Source of the DNA: Iphione sp. A-MEVVRFRX5
Taxonomy: Eukaryota
Direction of reading: 5' to 3'
NCBI GenBank assembly: GCA_976226885.1
Contig: OZ320321.1
Span: 62,310,001 to 62,374,000, forward strand
DNA: 64,000 nucleotides
The notes under the pieces were generated by a model. The model saw only the letters and a program-made list of their open reading frames with translations, had not been told where the DNA came from and searched no databases. Positions 37,739 through 51,200 of the stretch are shown in pieces. The position numbers were made by a program, and so were the translations under genes. How positions within the stretch are numbered: the stretch's first letter is position 1; every line of letters starts with the position of its first letter.

Positions 37739-40193
37739 GATTAATCTGCGAAAAAAAGCTGTTAGGAACTTCCATCGCAGAGGGCTAAGGACAAATTCCT
37801 AGTTTTTACATATAAATCGCTTAACCTTTGCCAAAACTGGATCAAATAACTTATATCTAGTATTAGAAAGCAAAGTATTTCTATTATTCTTATAGTTCTA
37901 GGCTAGGTATACTGCTGTTGACAAGACTTGCTTATCATTTGTATGAATTGAGGTTGCTATATTTCCGTCATTCTATACTATTTCAGTGAGTTAAGTCTAC
38001 ACTATGTCTACTTCAAAATATATGTTAAGTTATGATATGATTTAGCATTTAAGTGTAGTTTTGAAAGGTAGATCATGATATCGAATATTGTTTTCATGTT
38101 TAACTTGATATCTTGGACAGCAAATATTATAATTATGAGATTTTTTGATAGCTTAGTGTATTCAAGGAATTTCTATTTATCAGATTTAGCCTTTTAAGTT
38201 GTCCCGATACTTTGATATTAATAATTGCCCCATTACTTTGTTTGCAATGGTATGAATTGGCTTCACAATTTCTAAAAGTAATTTTACTGTTAAAAAGTTG
38301 CACATTACTTCGGTAATTTCAATGTTACAACATTGTTTATTACATTTGTCAGAATATGTAGTCGTGTATCATAGGAAATCAATTAGACGAGTTGAGAGAG
38401 AATGGACAAGGCTCTGTCGCGTAGAGTTGCATGGTTTGTGTGATGTTGACGCCATCCATGGCTTTCCTTCCCTGTGCTTTGTATGCTTACATTTTCCAAC
38501 CAAATATCTTCACGACACATACATGAGCTATAAAATTGATGCTATCAAGTAGTAGAATGTACATGGTAAACTGCTGTTGAAGCAAAAGAGAGGAACTGGT
38601 TCTCTTTTGTGTTGAACCGTATCCCGGATGCATGAGAATCAAAGCGTACGTCAATGAATTTGGTGTTGTAAACATTTCAGAGTGTAAAGGTTACTGAGGT
38701 ATTGACGTTTTCTGGATTAAACCGAAAACATGTGGTCGCCCGAGTGTGTTACAATAGCGGCTCCAGCGATGTAGCCATGGAAATACACAGATATTGTTCG
38801 GCCGGCAGTTGTTTACAACCTCGCTACTGAAGGCGTGACTACAGGGGTTCGTTCGTCCCATAGGAAAACATAAATATTTCATGTATTACCAGCTTGTTTG
38901 TCTCTAAAGACATAGAGGCCCTGAGGTAAAATGAATTTCTACAGGGATGTCAGAAATAGATATCAAGAGATGTGGCTACAACTGCTGAGTGATACGCATT
39001 ATAAATGCATGTTTATTGATTTTAGCTCGCTAGGATTTTCTTAGTTGTTTCGATGAATTTTATCTCCGACACATACACATGCGTATGTTTATACACAAAA
39101 ATACTACAACCATCCTTCTGTATGCCGTACCATTGCGGCAAAAGTGATAGACATATTAGATATCTTTTGTATCTTGTATTCTCCCCACCGTCAGTTAATA
39201 AAATACTAATTGCTCTTGTGAGTACCACCTCTCTCGCACGATCGTCACTTGTGTGTCTCGGCACTACAAAGGTAAGAGCTGATCTCATGAAAGACTGGAC
39301 CGCCATCAACCTCGCTCTATCAGAAAAAAAATTAATCCCAGACCTGTGAAGATCGGTTATAGAAGCGATTGTATTGAAATAACAATGTAACTCGTTAACA
39401 ATGTTGCAACCGACAAGCACACGAGGAAGATTTTAAAAACACCAGCAGGATGTTCCTTATTTATGAAGGGATGCGACAGCCTGGTTCACATATGATTGCC
39501 CTTAACAGCTGTCTCCTGGCTGACCCCGGGGGAAAAGTGGGGATAATGGTGTCACCGTGCTGTTGGCATAAAATGGTTAACGCTATTTCTCTAATATACA
39601 GTGCGGTTTTCGTGAGAAAGGTCGTTTTTCTGTATAGAAAATAATAATCAGCCTAGTACAATAAAAAACGACTAAAATCAAACGTTATACTCATGCAGCG
39701 ATCAACACCATAAACTCCATTTCTTATATACATATATACATGTATACATGCATGCATGTACGCATGTACGTATTGAGGTCCTTTGTATGCATGCATACTT
39801 GTGCACTGTACATGTATGTATGTATGTATAAATGTATGTATGTAGGTAGGTAGGTAGGTATCTATCTATGTATGCCTGCATATATGTATGTACAGAGGAA
39901 CCCGTCTGACCCGATATACATGTATATCTATAGCGAAGACGATGGTATCAAAACTCCCTATGATATGAACGGTCCGCCTGAGATGTTATTTTTCGTACTT
40001 GGACATAGCACAATATGGGTTCGGAATCTTCACTGTCCATCAGAAGTGTTGTCCTGATCACAGACAACGTGAACATAAAACTCAAAACTCTTTTATTGAA
40101 CACAACTGGAATATCGTCTATAAATTCTATTGAGACCCTTTGATATATAAGTAAATACTGTAGTGCTATAATAATACTCTATTTACCAGTGAA

Positions 40194-41603
40194 CTACTTT
40201 TGATTTAGCACGTCCCCTCCGAAGAAGATGCAGAGTACGAACTTGCCGGCAAAGTTAATCATGAAGGCGACTTCCGCCACGTCCCTGGCGGCGGCGCCGT
40301 CAATGTAGCGACACACGGGGACCTCGTCCATGAAATGCTGCCACAGCAACACCACCCACGTGATGATGTACGGCACGCAGAGCACACAGTAGGCCACCAA
40401 GATGGCCGCCACCATGACGGTGGCGTCCTTCTCGAAGAGCGCGCGCGCCACGATGGTCGAGCTGAGCCGTCGCGGGCGCAGCTTCCAGGCGGGCAGGTTG
40501 CGTAGGATCATCACCGCCAGCCCGACCAGAACGACGAAGGGCAGGGCGACGACCAGCACCACCGTCAGGATGGTCAGGCCCAGCGAGAGCACGGGCGACA
40601 TGGCGATGGGGATGCAGGAGCGGGCGATGCCGCCGCCGCCGCCCGGAGCGGCGGTGTCTGCCACAGCGAGGCTGTCCCAGACGAAGAGGACGTGCAGGTT
40701 GGTGAGCACGGCCGCCACGGCGCAGTAGCAGACGCCGTGTCGCGCCGCCTTCAGCGTCGGGTAGCGCGAGCGCTTGTAGGGCGTGGAGGCGAGTAGTAGG
40801 CGGTCGGCGCCCAGAGCGACGAGCAGCCAGGAGGAGAGGAAACGCAGCACGTAGGTGCAGTAGGTGAGGGCCTTGCAGGCGATGGCGTTGGAGTCGTACA
40901 GGGTCTCCACTCCCCCGACAGTGACGGCCCCGCTCCCTCCCGGAGAAGCGGAGGAGGTGGACGAGACGCTGCCAATCGCGGCGTAGAAGACGCTCATCCA
41001 CTTCCGGGGCACGTAGCTCAGGAGCGACAGCGTGTCGACGATGCCGACGACCAGGAGGTAGAGACTGAACGGGTAGCGCCGGAGACCCTTGGAGCGGAAG
41101 ACGATGACCGAGAGGCCGTTCAGCAAGAAGGCCACCACCAGGAGGAAGGCGATGCCGTAGAGGTAGGCCGACTGGCTGGCGCGCACGATGGCCGAGTCGC
41201 AGCTGCTCACGTTCCGCAGGAAGAAGTCCGTGCCGTTGATGCTGTTGTAATAGAAATCCGTTGGGTAGTCCCCTCCGTAGCCGCCACCGCTGACGACGCC
41301 GCCGCCGCCGCTGGCGCCCTCCGCGCGGCTGGCGTCGTCGTACCCGGCGCCCCGGTGCAGATCGGCCGCCGTCACTTGCGGCGCGGGGCCTTCGTGCGGA
41401 GGGAAGGCGACGACGTCGTCGTAGCTTTTCAGCACGTCGAGTAAGTCGATGGACTCCTCGTCGTCGGCAAACTCCATCTCGTCGATCGAGCCATACAGCG
41501 AAGGCGGAAGCTCCTGGTCCCTTGTCACTTCCGGTCGCAGGAGTCTACCTCGAGGCCGGAAGGGACGCCGCCGCCGTGTCCACCGGAAGACACCTTGCGC
41601 CAT
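40194..41603 (-). CDS. Intronless class A (rhodopsin-like) GPCR, probable peptide receptor, 469 aa
   Basis: Seven hydrophobic segments; LLNGL (TM1 N), VVGIVD (TM2 D), C at the top of TM3, ALGADRLL (DRY-like), LCVPY (TM6 P), INFAGKF (TM7); N-glycosylation sequons NGT and NVS; GC3-rich. Alternative strong-Kozak start at 41477 (MEFADD). Confidence 0.92.
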   Translation of the reverse strand: MAQGVFRWTRRRRPFRPRGRLLRPEVTRDQELPPSLYGSIDEMEFADDEESIDLLDVLKSYDDVVAFPPHEGPAPQVTAADLHRGAGYDDASRAEGASGGGGVVSGGGYGGDYPTDFYYNSINGTDFFLRNVSSCDSAIVRASQSAYLYGIAFLLVVAFLLNGLSVIVFRSKGLRRYPFSLYLLVVGIVDTLSLLSYVPRKWMSVFYAAIGSVSSTSSASPGGSGAVTVGGVETLYDSNAIACKALTYCTYVLRFLSSWLLVALGADRLLLASTPYKRSRYPTLKAARHGVCYCAVAAVLTNLHVLFVWDSLAVADTAAPGGGGGIARSCIPIAMSPVLSLGLTILTVVLVVALPFVVLVGLAVMILRNLPAWKLRPRRLSSTIVARALFEKDATVMVAAILVAYCVLCVPYIITWVVLLWQHFMDEVPVCRYIDGAAARDVAEVAFMINFAGKFVLCIFFGGDVLNQK

Positions 41604-41821
41604 CTGTGATGTTCTACTTACTTACGTCTTGAGGGATTTTTTGTAAAAGATGTGACTCTCCTACTGCGAACCTCATCATTTCCGCTCCGGGGACCACACG
41701 CCCTGCAGAATAGATCTCTTTTAGAAGTGTCAGTGATTGAGGGCTGGGACAACAATACTCTCATGAAGAAACTTATTTTGGAGACATGGGCTAAGGTGGT
41801 CTCTCCATGCATACATACTTG

Positions 41822-42136
41822 AGGCCAAAAAAATAGGAGTGTTTCTGGTGACGACCAGCCAAAAACCTAGGTGGGGAGGAGGGGTATCTTTTTCTTAAGA
41901 TTTTTTTCCAGAATCTTCCTCTGGTTTTCAATGATAATAGAGACAATCTCAAGAATTTTGACCAGTCTATATGAGCTTTACATTTTTTGGGGAATTTCCA
42001 TAGATTCTGTTGTTTTTCTACTGAATTTACAAAAAATATGTGCCGTGAAAACACATATCTAAGGAAATTCAGCCTTGGAAACTCTTTAGGGCCAAACTAG
42101 GTAGGGGTGGGTTACCAGAAACACACCTATTTTTTC
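41822..42136 (-). mobile_element. MITE family A, copy 2
   Basis: Reverse complement of 9304-9650 with the same TIRs. Confidence 0.8.
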
Positions 42137-42756
42137 AGGGGGGGGGGGGGGCTAACGTACACAGAATCATGACTGGGACAGCATGATGATTGAATTCACT
42201 GTTTTTCAATTAAGCCTACCCATATGAACATAATGTCTGGTCACAGACACATATTCGTGTGGCAGATCCATCATTGTCCAGCCTCCCTGCACACGGATCT
42301 GTGTCCATTGTGCATGAGGCAGTCATTTTCTCCCAATATCAGTTCTCAATAGTCCCCCTAGGGATCGTTTCATCTATTGTTTTAGCCACGGATACATGGG
42401 TAGGCCTTCACACTCCACATTCCATATCGTGCATGGACATTCAGCTGTCCCAAAAAGATGTTGGATCCATGGAAAGACAGCCTAACAGAAAATATAAATT
42501 TGATTTGAGCTGTCATGAATTATGGCAGCAGGTAAAAATGTCACTATTCGAGTATAAGACTGAGTGTAAACTTGATTTACATGTTCTTTTATATTACTTA
42601 AAGCACGGCTGCCATCTTTTTTTCTTCTTTCGGCCTATATGGCCAAGTGTGTGAATATATTGCATATTGTCACTGACAATAGCATTTGGACTAGGATTAG
42701 CATTTGGAGGTGTGACCAGGTAGTTGCACCTTCTCTGTGGGACAGTCAGTCGACAG

Positions 42757-43050
42757 GAAGGAGAGAGACACTAGACAGGGGAGGAGAGAGTGAGAGGAGA
42801 GAGAGGAAGGGAGAAAGAGAGAGGGAGAGACAAAAACGAGGGAGGAAGAACAAGGGAGGGAAATAGAGATGGAGGGATGGAGGGAGAGAGTGAGCGGGAG
42901 GGCAGGACAAAGACAGGGAGGGAGAGAAAGCAGTAGAGGACATAGGTCGAGGGAGGGAGAGAGAAGTGAGAATGAGGGAGGATGGGACAGAGGAGGGAGA
43001 GAGGGATGGAGAAAGGGAGAGAGGGAGGAGAGAGGGATGGAGACTGCAAA
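42757..43050. repeat. Purine-rich (GA/GGA) low-complexity tract
   Basis: Almost exclusively G/A on the + strand. Confidence 0.9.
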
Positions 43051-44106
43051 GAGACCCTTTCTTAAAAAATGCGGACATACAATGTTTGGAAAATAGACCC
43101 CTTTTTCGTGATTTTAAGAATGATAGTGCACACCTACTAGCTGCCAGTGGGCGGGGACTAGGGTTTTGAATGTCTACCCAGGGGTATTGGTAGCATTGGT
43201 AATGTAATATGGAAGCTTGGAATAAGTAATATATATGACTGGTGGTGCGTAAAACAAAGAGCCGTGCTTTAAGTGAGTTACATACCTCGTAGAGGGTGTA
43301 CTTGATATATTCCCACAGTTGGGATACACTCGGCTAAGTAGAGGGTGTACTTTATATATACATATGGACTGAGGCTGTTTCTTTGGGTCAAAATCATACA
43401 TACTTTAAATTCAAAACACCGTTTTCTCTTCATCTAACATTTCTCGGTAAAGCAAACTTATCAAGATCGCTGAGCTTTCCATGAAAAATAGTTTATACGC
43501 ACACGCACGAGAATGGGTACAATGTATATAAATCGGTCACTGTCAACGCTTCGTTTGACTCTTCGATATACTTTTTAAATTTCAAGGAAGAAGTCGTACA
43601 GAACGCCTTTCTTTTTACGAATATGATTTCTGAAAAATGCACGTCAGAAAACGTCGAGCGCGATACAGAGCCCTTCGCCTTCTATTTAAGTACCTTACGT
43701 CCGGTTTTTGTTACTCCCATACTGACAGTCTGTAGAGCAAACTTGGTGATAACTACCTAGGCTCTGGGATCTGAATAGGTCCTGTCAGGTGTTGTGATGA
43801 ATGCGTCTAGATACCTGACGGCCGTTTCATACTTGAACCAACATCACTTCAAGCATTAAAGCGGAAAAGAGCATAACGCAAGGTGTTCTATCCCTACCTG
43901 TTGGGGACGAAGCGGCTGCATATTCTTTAAGGTGAAAGGATTCAGTGATGGTTAACTCCTCCTCTGTCTCCAATTATACATTCATAAACCTGTTTTCGAG
44001 CTTGTCCTCAGACTTCTCATTTCCGTGTTGTTAGTCAGGTAGTGTTATCCAAATATCTGTCGTGTAGTGCTAGAGTAACCGGCAAAACTTGTCATCGCGG
44101 CGTCCG

Positions 44107-44120
44107 CCACCAGGTGGTGT
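44107..44120. promoter_or_regulatory. CTCF-like motif (near-palindromic)
   Basis: GCCACCAGGTGGTGTT. Confidence 0.45.
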
Positions 44121-44240
44121 TGCCAAATGTCACATGACCTGGGGCCATGCTTGGTATTTCCTGCTCTAGTGTCGCCGTCTCCGGTGCGGTCGATCGGTCA
44201 TCACATCTCACACTAGTGTATTTTTTTATGTCGTTCCAAA

Positions 44241-45036
44241 TACAGTGGAGAGCCTCTATTAGGGACACCCTCTGTTCTTACCCAAACTGTCCCTAATAGA
44301 GGCATGTCCCTACTAGAGACTTCATGGCCTAAGGCCACTCTGTACAAGTTTTCATATAGAATGGGGCCTAGGGACATGTTTTAGAAGCAGCTATAAGACC
44401 AAACAAGTAGGTATGGAAATAAATAGATATAAATTTAATACTATACACACATGATATATATACAAATACAAAGGAAATATATTGTAATAATAAATAATAA
44501 TTGTAGCATAAAATATTCCATTTCATCTTTTGAAAAAGCTATCTATGGTTGTTATGTGGGTGTTATGTCTGGCTATTGTCCTCCTGGAGGCCCTCCACCA
44601 CCCCCACCACTCAAAGACGTCCATTCCAAGTGGTCACTCTTATCTCGCACACCTGTGGCTATTGTCCTCCTGCATGTGTCCACCTCTCCTGCTGCTTTTT
44701 GCACTACAATCACCAATTTTCGCGCTACAATCGCCGATTTTCGCACTTCTGTCCTCAACCCCTAACCCAAGTACCCCTATTGAAGTGGTTGCACCTCTGT
44801 CTCACAGCTCTAAGATGTCCTCCTTACAGCACTTACCCCTTCCACCACATGATAACCCAATATTGGAAAGCCTCTGAGCTGTCCCCATGGAGGCACTCCA
44901 CCCCTATAGCCTGTCCCTATTGGAGACTCTCCCTTATACATGATTATATAGGGAATATTTTGGTTCTGAGCTGAACTGTCCCTATTAGAGGAGTGTCCCT
45001 ATTAGAGGCGTGTCCCTAAGGAGGCTCTCCACTGTA
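44241..45036. mobile_element. Tc1/mariner (Tigger-like) non-autonomous element, ~800 bp
   Basis: TA-CAGTGGAGAGCCTC ... GAGGCTCTCCACTG-TA TIRs, TA duplication, multiple subterminal TGTCCC(T/C)AnTnGAG repeats. Confidence 0.85.
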
Positions 45037-45630
45037 TCCTCAATGCATCATGCATCAAGAAAATAGAACAATAGTTTATCCTCTAGAGATATTAAAAGAT
45101 CTGGTCTCATATGTTAAACATTGTGAGAAAAGACTGCCTGTGCCCAGCCCCTCTACAACAGGAAGTAGAACTCACGTGAGCTTTGGTGCTCTGTGTTCGT
45201 GTCTGTGTCTGTGTGTATGAGTGTGTGTGTGTGTGACCGAGGAAGACAGAGACAGAGATAGATAGATAGACAGATAGATGGAGAATAAATTGTGTCCTCT
45301 GATGGAAAGCAGTACTCTCTTTTGAAATTATGCGTCTCCACCACTGTTATACAGCATCAGTTTTAAACTCATCAATACATGTACAGCAATACTTATAATA
45401 TACACGGCCAGTAAAGGCTTCCCTTGCGTGTGTTCCTACCCTGAAAGAATTCCATCACAGCGCACACTTTGACCATTTCATGCTATCATCTTTTAAAACA
45501 CGAGATACATTTTATCAGTATCCCATGACAATTGAGGAGTGGGAAAGGATGTAGGCGATCTGACTAACGTTCCTGATATCTATCTCCGTGCCTCGCCATT
45601 ACAATGTTACATCCTAGTGCCACGCGGTGA

Positions 45631-45708
45631 CAACCAGGGGGCGCCAACAGCACAGCGCAGGATAATGGAGACACATGTAGGTTATTATGTGGAGCCCGCC
45701 AGGTGGAG
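45631..45708 (+). promoter_or_regulatory. Two tandem CTCF-like motifs
   Basis: CAACCAGGGGGCGCC (from 45631) and CCGCCAGGTGGAG (from 45696). Confidence 0.35.
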
Positions 45709-48243
45709 ACGTTATCGTGCGTCCACAAAAATTGATGGCCACAGCCCGGAGTCGTGCACAATGTATCTCCAGAAAAGCACAGACGTCATATACAACAGCC
45801 ACAGTAATTAAAACACTATGCTGGGCACGTCGCTCAAGATGTGTAAAGATGTGTGTCTGTTCTTTTTAAGTACTTGCATGACATAACTGCAGAGTCATAT
45901 GCAGGAAGAAGACATGTTGAATAACATACAACAAAATGTGTATACTTGTAGTGTAAAGGTCGTAGAAAATTAAAAATGCATATGTAATCGGCGGATGTAG
46001 ATATGTACAGATGTTCCTCATTGAAACCATCGACAAATAGAAATCTCCACCACAGATGTGTAAAGATCGGAAGGTTAATCAGGAAACACAGCTAGAAGAA
46101 GGTCAGGAGGCGCCCGTAATACCACCAAAAATTCAGATGAACTCTCATGTCGAGAAACATCAGGCGTCGGTATATAAAACTAGTGTATGTGACTGGAAGT
46201 TCTTTAACCCCAGACGCCCCCCCCCCCCCCCACTACGCCCTGTATTAATAGTGCACCTTCAGTTTGGAGTGATGAGTACGTATAGGTAAACATGTGTCTC
46301 TACAGACCTTTTTCCTCGCGGTGGGAACCGGGGCGTCAAGGGCTTTGCTCACCGACCAGGAACGAGTCCCACGATGTCGCTTCCTCCGAACTGGTCAACC
46401 AGCCATGCGAGATACATGTATGTGCTGGATAATAACGCAACCTGGGAAGGGCGTAGCTTCGGGAATACCCAACACCGGGACGTCTACAAGAAAACTTGTA
46501 CAGACATGAGTACGTTGTTGCGCCTCAAATGAAGCGACGTTCTCGAAGTAGTTTCCCTTAGATCTCTATCACCAGAAGCTACTACTAAAAAACTGATAGT
46601 CATGCAAAGGAAGGTAGCTAGCTCTGCTTCTCAACCCTTTCATGTCTTGCCTACGTCCCACTTCTTGGTCGGCAACATTATTTTGCGTCAGTTCATGACT
46701 TCGGGCCACCAGCACCTACTTGTCAGTGTGCACCGTTCAGTTTTTTGTTCCCTTTCAACCATCTTCGATCTTTCCCACTACTCTCTGTCTCATATGAAAC
46801 TAATGTTTGCCTTTTTTGAGACCTTGGGCTACTTGGCATCATGTTGCCAATTCATACGTTTCAGTCTTTCTGTCCCCTTTGGCCATTACCTGTCTTTTCT
46901 ACGCCTCTTTTTTCCATCTACAGCATATTTGTTATTCCTGCAGCTCTTTTTTCTCCGCAACACGTTTTCAGTCATTTCGAGAATCCCCTGGCTCTTCTCG
47001 GTTCTTCTGTCTTTTCCACATCTCTTTTTTATGTGTAACATTGTGGGTTATTTTTTGACTACGGGCCAAGAAAAAGGGCCTACAGTATCCCTTTACTACG
47101 AGGATTTCCTAATTCTACTACTGTGAGAGTGGCCACGATACCGCGGCCACTCCACTCTAGTAAACTGTACTTTGTAAATTTTATACTTTGAGTGGTCATG
47201 GCACTACAAACAATTTTAGGCTAGAAGTTGCACCTATTGAACTCAGCTAAGGTTAGATGTGATTTTGGACCCTGGATTTTTTCTGATACATTGTCTACTT
47301 GTGAGTAGGGCCCTGGTAATCCAAGCACCTACTACTTTGTAACTAGCCCCACGAACTGATTGGTGTAGACCATCAACAAGAGCAACACTGTATCAATTGT
47401 ATTCCATATTCCAATACAATTGGTTACATCAAGTTGGTCATGTGGGGTTTATGCTTCTTATAAATGTGGGCCCTGTTTGACCAATACACCAGTCTGCACT
47501 TGTAGCTACCTTGTGGAATTTCTTTCTCTGGGGATGTTAGCTGAACAAACCCACTCAGAACTACTTAGGGATTAATACTTAGACTAATTCACTTGGGAGG
47601 GGACATCGGAATAACTAACTCAGGTTAGCTAAGAGCAATAACTGGATTCAAACAAGTGGGAATTGTCAACAAACTATATCGTACATATCGTGTACCATTT
47701 CTGTTTGGATTTCATATTTGTTCACCCTATTGCCAGCACTTCTCCCAAATAGTAGCCTATTCTTTATTTTGTTTATTATTGTTTTCGTATACTTGTAGAT
47801 AAGGGGATAAATATAATTGCTGAAGATGATGGCGTGGATGCATGAGTTAAGGCAATTTATTACATTAAATTAAATTAAGGTCATTACCTATATTATGTAT
47901 TTGTGGAAGAGTATGTGGAACTGCGAGAAGTACTTTGATTGGATATGTTTTTGCTCCTGATAATGTACATTGTATTGATGTTAGATTTAGTTGAACATAT
48001 TATATTGTTGCGAAGGAGCGGTGGAGGGTTGGGTTAGTGCATATTTGGTGGAGGGGCAGATGATCATGGAGGGGCGGAGAGAGTTGCATTTGTTATATAA
48101 AGGAGATTCGCTGAAGGGTTTGACTAGTTGTGGATTGTACGTTGTTGCTGTATGTTTCTTCAGAAATAAAACCACCTGTTTCAATTTATGTCGACTGGAA
48201 GTTTATTCTTTCACGATGGCTGAAGCTAACAATATCCTGTTTT

Positions 48244-51200
48244 AATTAGTATATTATATTAATATATATTTGTTGAATCTCCTAGCTACCCGCTATTGGA
48301 ACACACTGTAGCTATGTGATTACCATGATGCATATACATTCCTTCTCAACCGCCACACTTGCTATAAAACTTTTTGGCTTGTGAGATGTGTTTTGCTACG
48401 ATGGGCAAATACTGCAAGAAGTGTAGAAAGAACCATCCTCCACCAGTGGGCAAAAATTGCTCATTTCAAGCGGAGATGAGGGCTGAGGTGGAGGAAGTTT
48501 TTCAAGGAAGTCGGAAGAAAATGATGTAAGTACGCGCTTACAGAGACTGGAGAACTTGATTGAGACCCTGGTTGTGGGTGGAGACTTCAGGAAGAAAGGA
48601 GCAGGATAGTCAATCAACAAGCAGAGCGAGTCGGATTCCGACAAATCATCCGAGTTTGAAAGTGAAGATTCTTCAGATTGAGAATTCGATGAGGAGGTGA
48701 AGAAGCTGGACAAGCCAGCCAGGAAAAAGAGGAGTAACAGACTGAAAAAGTTTGACATTGTGCATTATACTGATGAGGAGAGAGTATCACAGGTTTTGAA
48801 CTTCTGACCGTAGGCTCTTTGGACCTTCTGAAGAAAATGTTGGAGAAGAAGAAAGACATGCATGTCCTCCTATATTGACCATCTCTTATTCCTGGCCACG
48901 AATGCTCCCACAAGAGTTTACAACATCAAATCTCTTGTGAACTATGATGCAGAGTTGAGGAGGAAAGCAGCTCGATGCAGTACAAGTGTGTTTTGCTAAC
49001 GGCACACGGAGGCAAATCATAAATACATGTGGATGGACGCCACAAGGGGTGTTGAGGAGCAGAATCTAGGGAAGAAATTGAAGAAAGGTGACCGTACATG
49101 CTTTAAGTACAATGCCTGGGAGTGTGTGGATCCTCGTTGCATCTGTCATCATAGGTTCTTGAATTGTTCAGCAAGTGGCCACTGCGCCTTTGAATGCTTC
49201 GCAACCAAACGCTCGGAGGGCGTCGAGGCGAAGAAGACAAAAGGTACGTCTAAACAGAATGGATGCCAGGAAACAACAGTGGACTCTTAAGAAACACAAA
49301 GACGATAAGGTATTTGTGATAGAGCTAGAGGATGGTTATATTTTATCCAGTGATTGAGAGTGTGTTTATGGTTGTGATGACACTGTTGTTGTGGAAAGCA
49401 CTGTTATAGACAGTGATGGTGTTGACAATGTCACTGTGGTCACAGGTGATGAGTAGGAGGATGTTATTTACTTTAGGAAACAGATCTTGGACTCCTGTTT
49501 ACATGAATTTGTGTGTGACGAGGAGCAAATTGATGACAATGTGGTGGTAAGAGTGCTCTCTGGCGGGAGGGTAACTCATTCCCTGTATCTGTTGACTGCA
49601 TTCGTGGTGATTGCATGGTATTGGTGACATTGTTTGTGACCTGAAACCTTTCTATTGGCGTTTTGGTTTCTGCTGTAGCCCTATTCCTGTGGAAGATGTC
49701 TTGCTTGTATGGTTTGGTCTTGAAGAGGGCTTCAAGTGGACAAAGATTGTAATGCCAACTATGATCATGACAATTATTTATCAATTTTAAGAGAATATTT
49801 CAGGCACCAGATGGACGAAAAAGACAACTCAGAGCTTAAGTCAGGGTTTATTAGCATATGTGATTTTAAGCCTGTCTGTGTGAATGCACTGGCTGGAGTC
49901 AAGACGAGTGACAGCTCATTACGTCTGATCACTGACTGCTCAATGCCGGAAGGATTGGCCATCAATAAATTTATGTCTACTACTCATAAGAAATTCAACT
50001 ACAATTCTGTTGAAAATGTTGCTGATGTCTTAAGAGGTTGGGAGTACATGGCAGTGATTGACATTAAAAATGCATACAGAAGTGTCTGTTTACCCTAAGC
50101 ACAGAGAATATCAAGGCTTCCCCTGTAGAATTAATGAAGAAAGGAAATTCGTTGTGAATAACATGCTATGCTTCGGTTTGAAGTGTGCAACTTTTTTGTT
50201 TTCACTGCTTTCAGATCGAAGATGTATTATCACTTGAATATGTAGATAAAAAGTCCCTGGAACAGTTGGCTTTTGCAGATTGTTCAACAGTAGTCAAGGG
50301 AGGGTGTACCTATTTTAGACATCTGTATAACTTTGTAAACTCATTTGATACCTAGAAGGAGAGGAAGGTTCTAGGTGAGGCGATTGTATGTGATCTCAAC
50401 GGGAGGATCTGTTTTGTTGATATTTTTTCTGCCTTTAGTTACTCAGTTGAACATGTTGAGCAGAAGCCACAATTTGATTGTTATCAGATACATATAAATG
50501 TGCTAGAGCTGCGGCCAATTGAATTAGCCTAAAACAATGGGGTGGGGCACTCAGAGACTCTACTCTGCACTTAATCAGAGATAATATATGTGCTCTGTAT
50601 ATATATGTTGCGCACAGGAAGAAGCAAGGATGTCACTTGTTTAAACTGGTTAAGCCAGTATCTATGATATTAATTTTGTAGTGGACTATATCCGCAGTGA
50701 GGATAATGTAATTGCAGATGCACTTTCATGTAGTTATGATTTGAACATGTGTAGAAGTTTACTAAATCTGCAGTGGGCGATTGGTTGTTGTTGCAATAAA
50801 AGAATGCATTCCCTTTACAGGGAGAATGAGGAAGTTGCAGGAGAGAGTGAGGCATTTGAACAATTCAGCAGTGGAAAACACCAGGAAAATGAGAGCAATA
50901 CGATGGAACCCTTACCTGAGTTACTGTAGGGCAGTAGGTTGTAGTGTTCTTCCTTGTAGTGTTATGCAATTATGCCTATACCTTGCCTTTCTTTCTGAGA
51001 GATTATGTTTTCCATCTATTAAGAACTATCTGTCAGCGTTTGTGTACAATTGCAGGGCTAGGGACTTAAGTGTTAAGTATGAAGGGAATTTCTTTGTAGA
51101 GGGGAAGATTCAAAGGTTGAAAGGTTCAAAGAGGGTTAGGAGTGTACCTGTCAAGAAAGCATGAGCATTGGATATATCCGATTTAATTAGACTGTACCCA

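Noticed and set aside
36745-37802. Alternative-frame and antisense ORFs over the gag-like gene
   Set aside because: Expected shadows of GC3-rich coding sequence; low-complexity Arg/Gly/Ala translations
40300-41001. Overlapping 233-aa ORF and antisense ORFs in the GPCR
   Set aside because: Shadow ORFs of high-GC codon usage
42746-43169. ORFs over the purine-rich tract (likewise 59275-59734)
   Set aside because: Low-complexity artefacts
44451-44974. ORFs of 104-141 aa
   Set aside because: They lie inside a non-autonomous Tigger-like element and have no transposase motifs
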